This document shows, in pieces, positions 61,522 to 64,000 of a stretch of DNA of 64,000 nt. The notes beneath the pieces are model-generated. The model did not search any database. It was not told where the DNA came from and saw only the letters and a list, made by a program, of their open reading frames with translations. Origin of the DNA: Lama guanicoe (lineage: Eukaryota); assembly GCA_013239625.1 (NCBI GenBank), contig MU053561.1, positions 2,682,283 through 2,746,282 of the forward strand, read 5' to 3'. The number at the start of each line of letters is the position of its first letter. The stretch's first letter is position 1. Position numbers and translations under genes: made by a program.

Positions 61522-63274
61522 TGGCAGGATATAGTGAACAGGGACCCAAAGAGGAGAATGCCCAGTATAGGCTGGCAAGACTGTGGAGGAGAGACATGTT
61601 GAACATAGTTCTGTTCTGTTTGGTTTAAGAGAGTGATGCTGATCCTAGGCAATGTGACCCTTCTCCCCAGTCCCATCAATCTTTAATAATACTTTAAACA
61701 TCAGAATATATTTGATGTGATTGGATTTCTTATACATGCTCCTTGATTGGGGATTGAGTTTGTGTCAAGCATGGCATGGGACCAAACGAGAGTCATCTGT
61801 GCAGATGAGGTAGATAGCCAACATCTGGGTCATAGATGCACTTCTGTATGCATAAAAATCATCTAGATGTGTATGTAAAAATCTGTTATCAGGGTGATCT
61901 CTGGGAAGCAAGACTGGGGATATAGCATAGAGATGGATTTTACTTTTCAGTTTATATCTTTCCAAACCATTTGGTACTATTACTTCAAAAACTATTAAAA
62001 AAATTATCACTCAGACAATACAATTGGAGAATAATGAGAACACCTAACCAACTGAATATGGAGTCTCAGCTTTTCCCTGACTTGATACTTCTTCGATGAC
62101 TATGAAGACAGCTACACAATGATTCTCATAGAGAAGTACAGGGGAAGAAAAGGTACCTGCAGAGGTCTGACTATAACACTTCCCTGGAATTACACAATTC
62201 ATGTATTATAAAAAAAAAAGGAGCGTTTACTCTACTTCTTGGTAGCTTATAGGTGCTCAACAGATGTTTATTTGCTTCAATAAAATTTAAAATGTCTCAA
62301 CTTTTGTCCAGCGTTAAGATATATATGGATAATCTCATTTGACTAAATTTTAAGGGAACCATAACTCAGTTTATTGTGAACTGCTGCCATGATAGTAATC
62401 CCTTACTCTGTGTTTGGCATCAAGACTGCAGCGTTCTCCTCACTGATGTCCTGAGTGATCTATTAAACCAAAACAAGACTTTAAAGTTCCAATGAATCAC
62501 CCACACGATACTCAGTAGTTACGTATATGCTATATCCAGGACATTTGAGACTCACTTTGACAGCAGTTCTGAAATCTTACCATTTAATACAGCTCTCGAG
62601 GAGGGTGGTGTCTTTCACAAAGTCCAGAAGTCCCAGTTGAAATCCTGGGACTGAAATTTTCCATTTTGAAAGCAGAGTCATTGTTTGTAATGCTGTTCCC
62701 CCAAGGCAGGCTGGAAGCAGAACTGGAAATGATCACGGCTTGTCTGGCAGGAGAAGTCCTGCCCAGATGTTCCAAGTGATGTAAACTTTCCTGGCTGCAT
62801 GAGCAAGACCCTCTGTGAGCTGGGATTCCAGCACCGTGTCCACCCATCAGGAAAGAGCTGCTTCCTCCGCCTCCCTCAATGCACCCGACACCTTCTTTTC
62901 TACTTCCCCATCGCCCATTCACTGGGTTTATAGATCTGGACAGTTCATTTCCATTTACTCCGCTGAGGCTGTTCATGGCCATGACAGCTCAGAGGGGCCA
63001 CCAGATGTTATTTTTAACTATCTCCCAGCGTTTTATTAGAACAATTTTCAAACATTCAGGAAAGTTGAAAAAAATGTACAGTGAACAGCCATATACTTTG
63101 CACCACAATTCTAAAATTGACATTCTACTCTGTTTTGTCACATGTCCTCCTGTTTTCGGTCCCTTGGGTGTTCAGCAACCACACTGATCATGGTGGCCAC
63201 AAAACTCTTTCTCTGCCTCTATGGCAGTTATAGACTTGAAAGCACAATTTAATAGGTTCTTATATTCCAAGAGA

Positions 63275-63440
63275 CACTAGCATTTAGTACCTGCTTTGTG
63301 TCAGGTCCTGAGAAAGGCACCATGTACTTTTACACAGAAGATCATCTGATTTTTGACCCATGAAACAGATACAATTATTGTTCCTAACTTACGGCTGAGA
63401 AAATTGAGACACCGAGAGGTAACGGGACTTCCAAAGTTAT
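63275..63440 (-). mobile_element. MIR SINE
   Basis: gagaaaattgagacaccgagaggtaacgggacttccaaagt. Confidence 0.6.
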
Positions 63441-64000
63441 TTATGGCTAAAATTATTGATATAAACAAAACAGTTACAAATAAAATAGCTTATCTTATAT
63501 ATTTAAAACAAAATAAATAGTTATATTCAAGTGCTTCTGTTGGTGTTTAAATGATACACTGTCAGAATTACGTTGCAATCATTAAACGTGCATTTCAGAA
63601 CAAGATGTTTTGAAGTGATTGTTTGCGTGCAGCCATCTGACATTGCTGTTTAGATGTCTACACCGCGTCCCCAAAGAGGTTTATTTTTGTGTTTTATTTC
63701 TGTAGTTGTTCTTATTATTTAACGTCAGCCATTTTAACTGTAGCACTTCGTTTCTTTTCCCCCTGGAGATTCCAAAGTGTCTCATTTCTTTTCCAGCGTT
63801 GCTTGATGAAAATTCATGGGTCCCAATGACTTAGTGTAAATAATCTAATAGAGAATTCTAGACAACAGCAGAAAATACCATGCATTTTCATACTTGTTTT
63901 ACTAGCCTAAAAACAAGCCATATAACTTTCAGTTATAAACAGCTGTTGAGGATGGAGCCTCGGGTCCCACAAGTTACAAAACAACAAAGTACACCAGGGA

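Noticed and set aside
1..64000. A novel multi-gene system, horizontally acquired insert or prokaryotic element
   Set aside because: I saw no gene-dense segment, compositional discontinuity or intact transposase/RT ORF. Everything is consistent with a first intron, a CpG-island promoter and repeat-rich intergenic DNA.

Overview
Mammalian genomic DNA, most likely camelid (alpaca, llama or camel). The evidence is a Vic-1-type tRNA-derived SINE, several young cetartiodactyl-type L1 3' stubs and a Tigger1-derived MITE, with no Alu, B1, Bov-tA/BovB or PRE1 elements seen. The only protein-coding sequence I can support is the first coding exon of PTGFRN (CD9P-1/EWI-F) on the minus strand. It spans 13915-13963, encodes the signal peptide MGRLAPRPLLLALLSL, ends at a GTGAGT donor and sits in a CpG island. 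Positions 1-13914 are intron 1, with exon 2 outside the window. Positions ~14.6-64 kb are upstream intergenic DNA made of old repeats (MIR, L2, L3, L1M, MaLR/ERVL LTRs, hAT and Tigger MITEs) and candidate regulatory patches. Almost all listed ORFs are chance or repeat-derived. I found no convincing novel biological system. The best second-look items are retrotransposition oddities: an 85-bp L1 insertion with a double poly(A) and a perfect 16-bp TSD, a 3'-truncated but TSD-flanked L1, a microhomology-joined ORF1/3'-end L1, and a SINE with a microsatellite grown inside its head. There is also a strong CTCF motif, several TE-derived hairpins and motif clusters. Repeat family names come from recalled consensus sequences, not a database search, and old-repeat boundaries are approximate.
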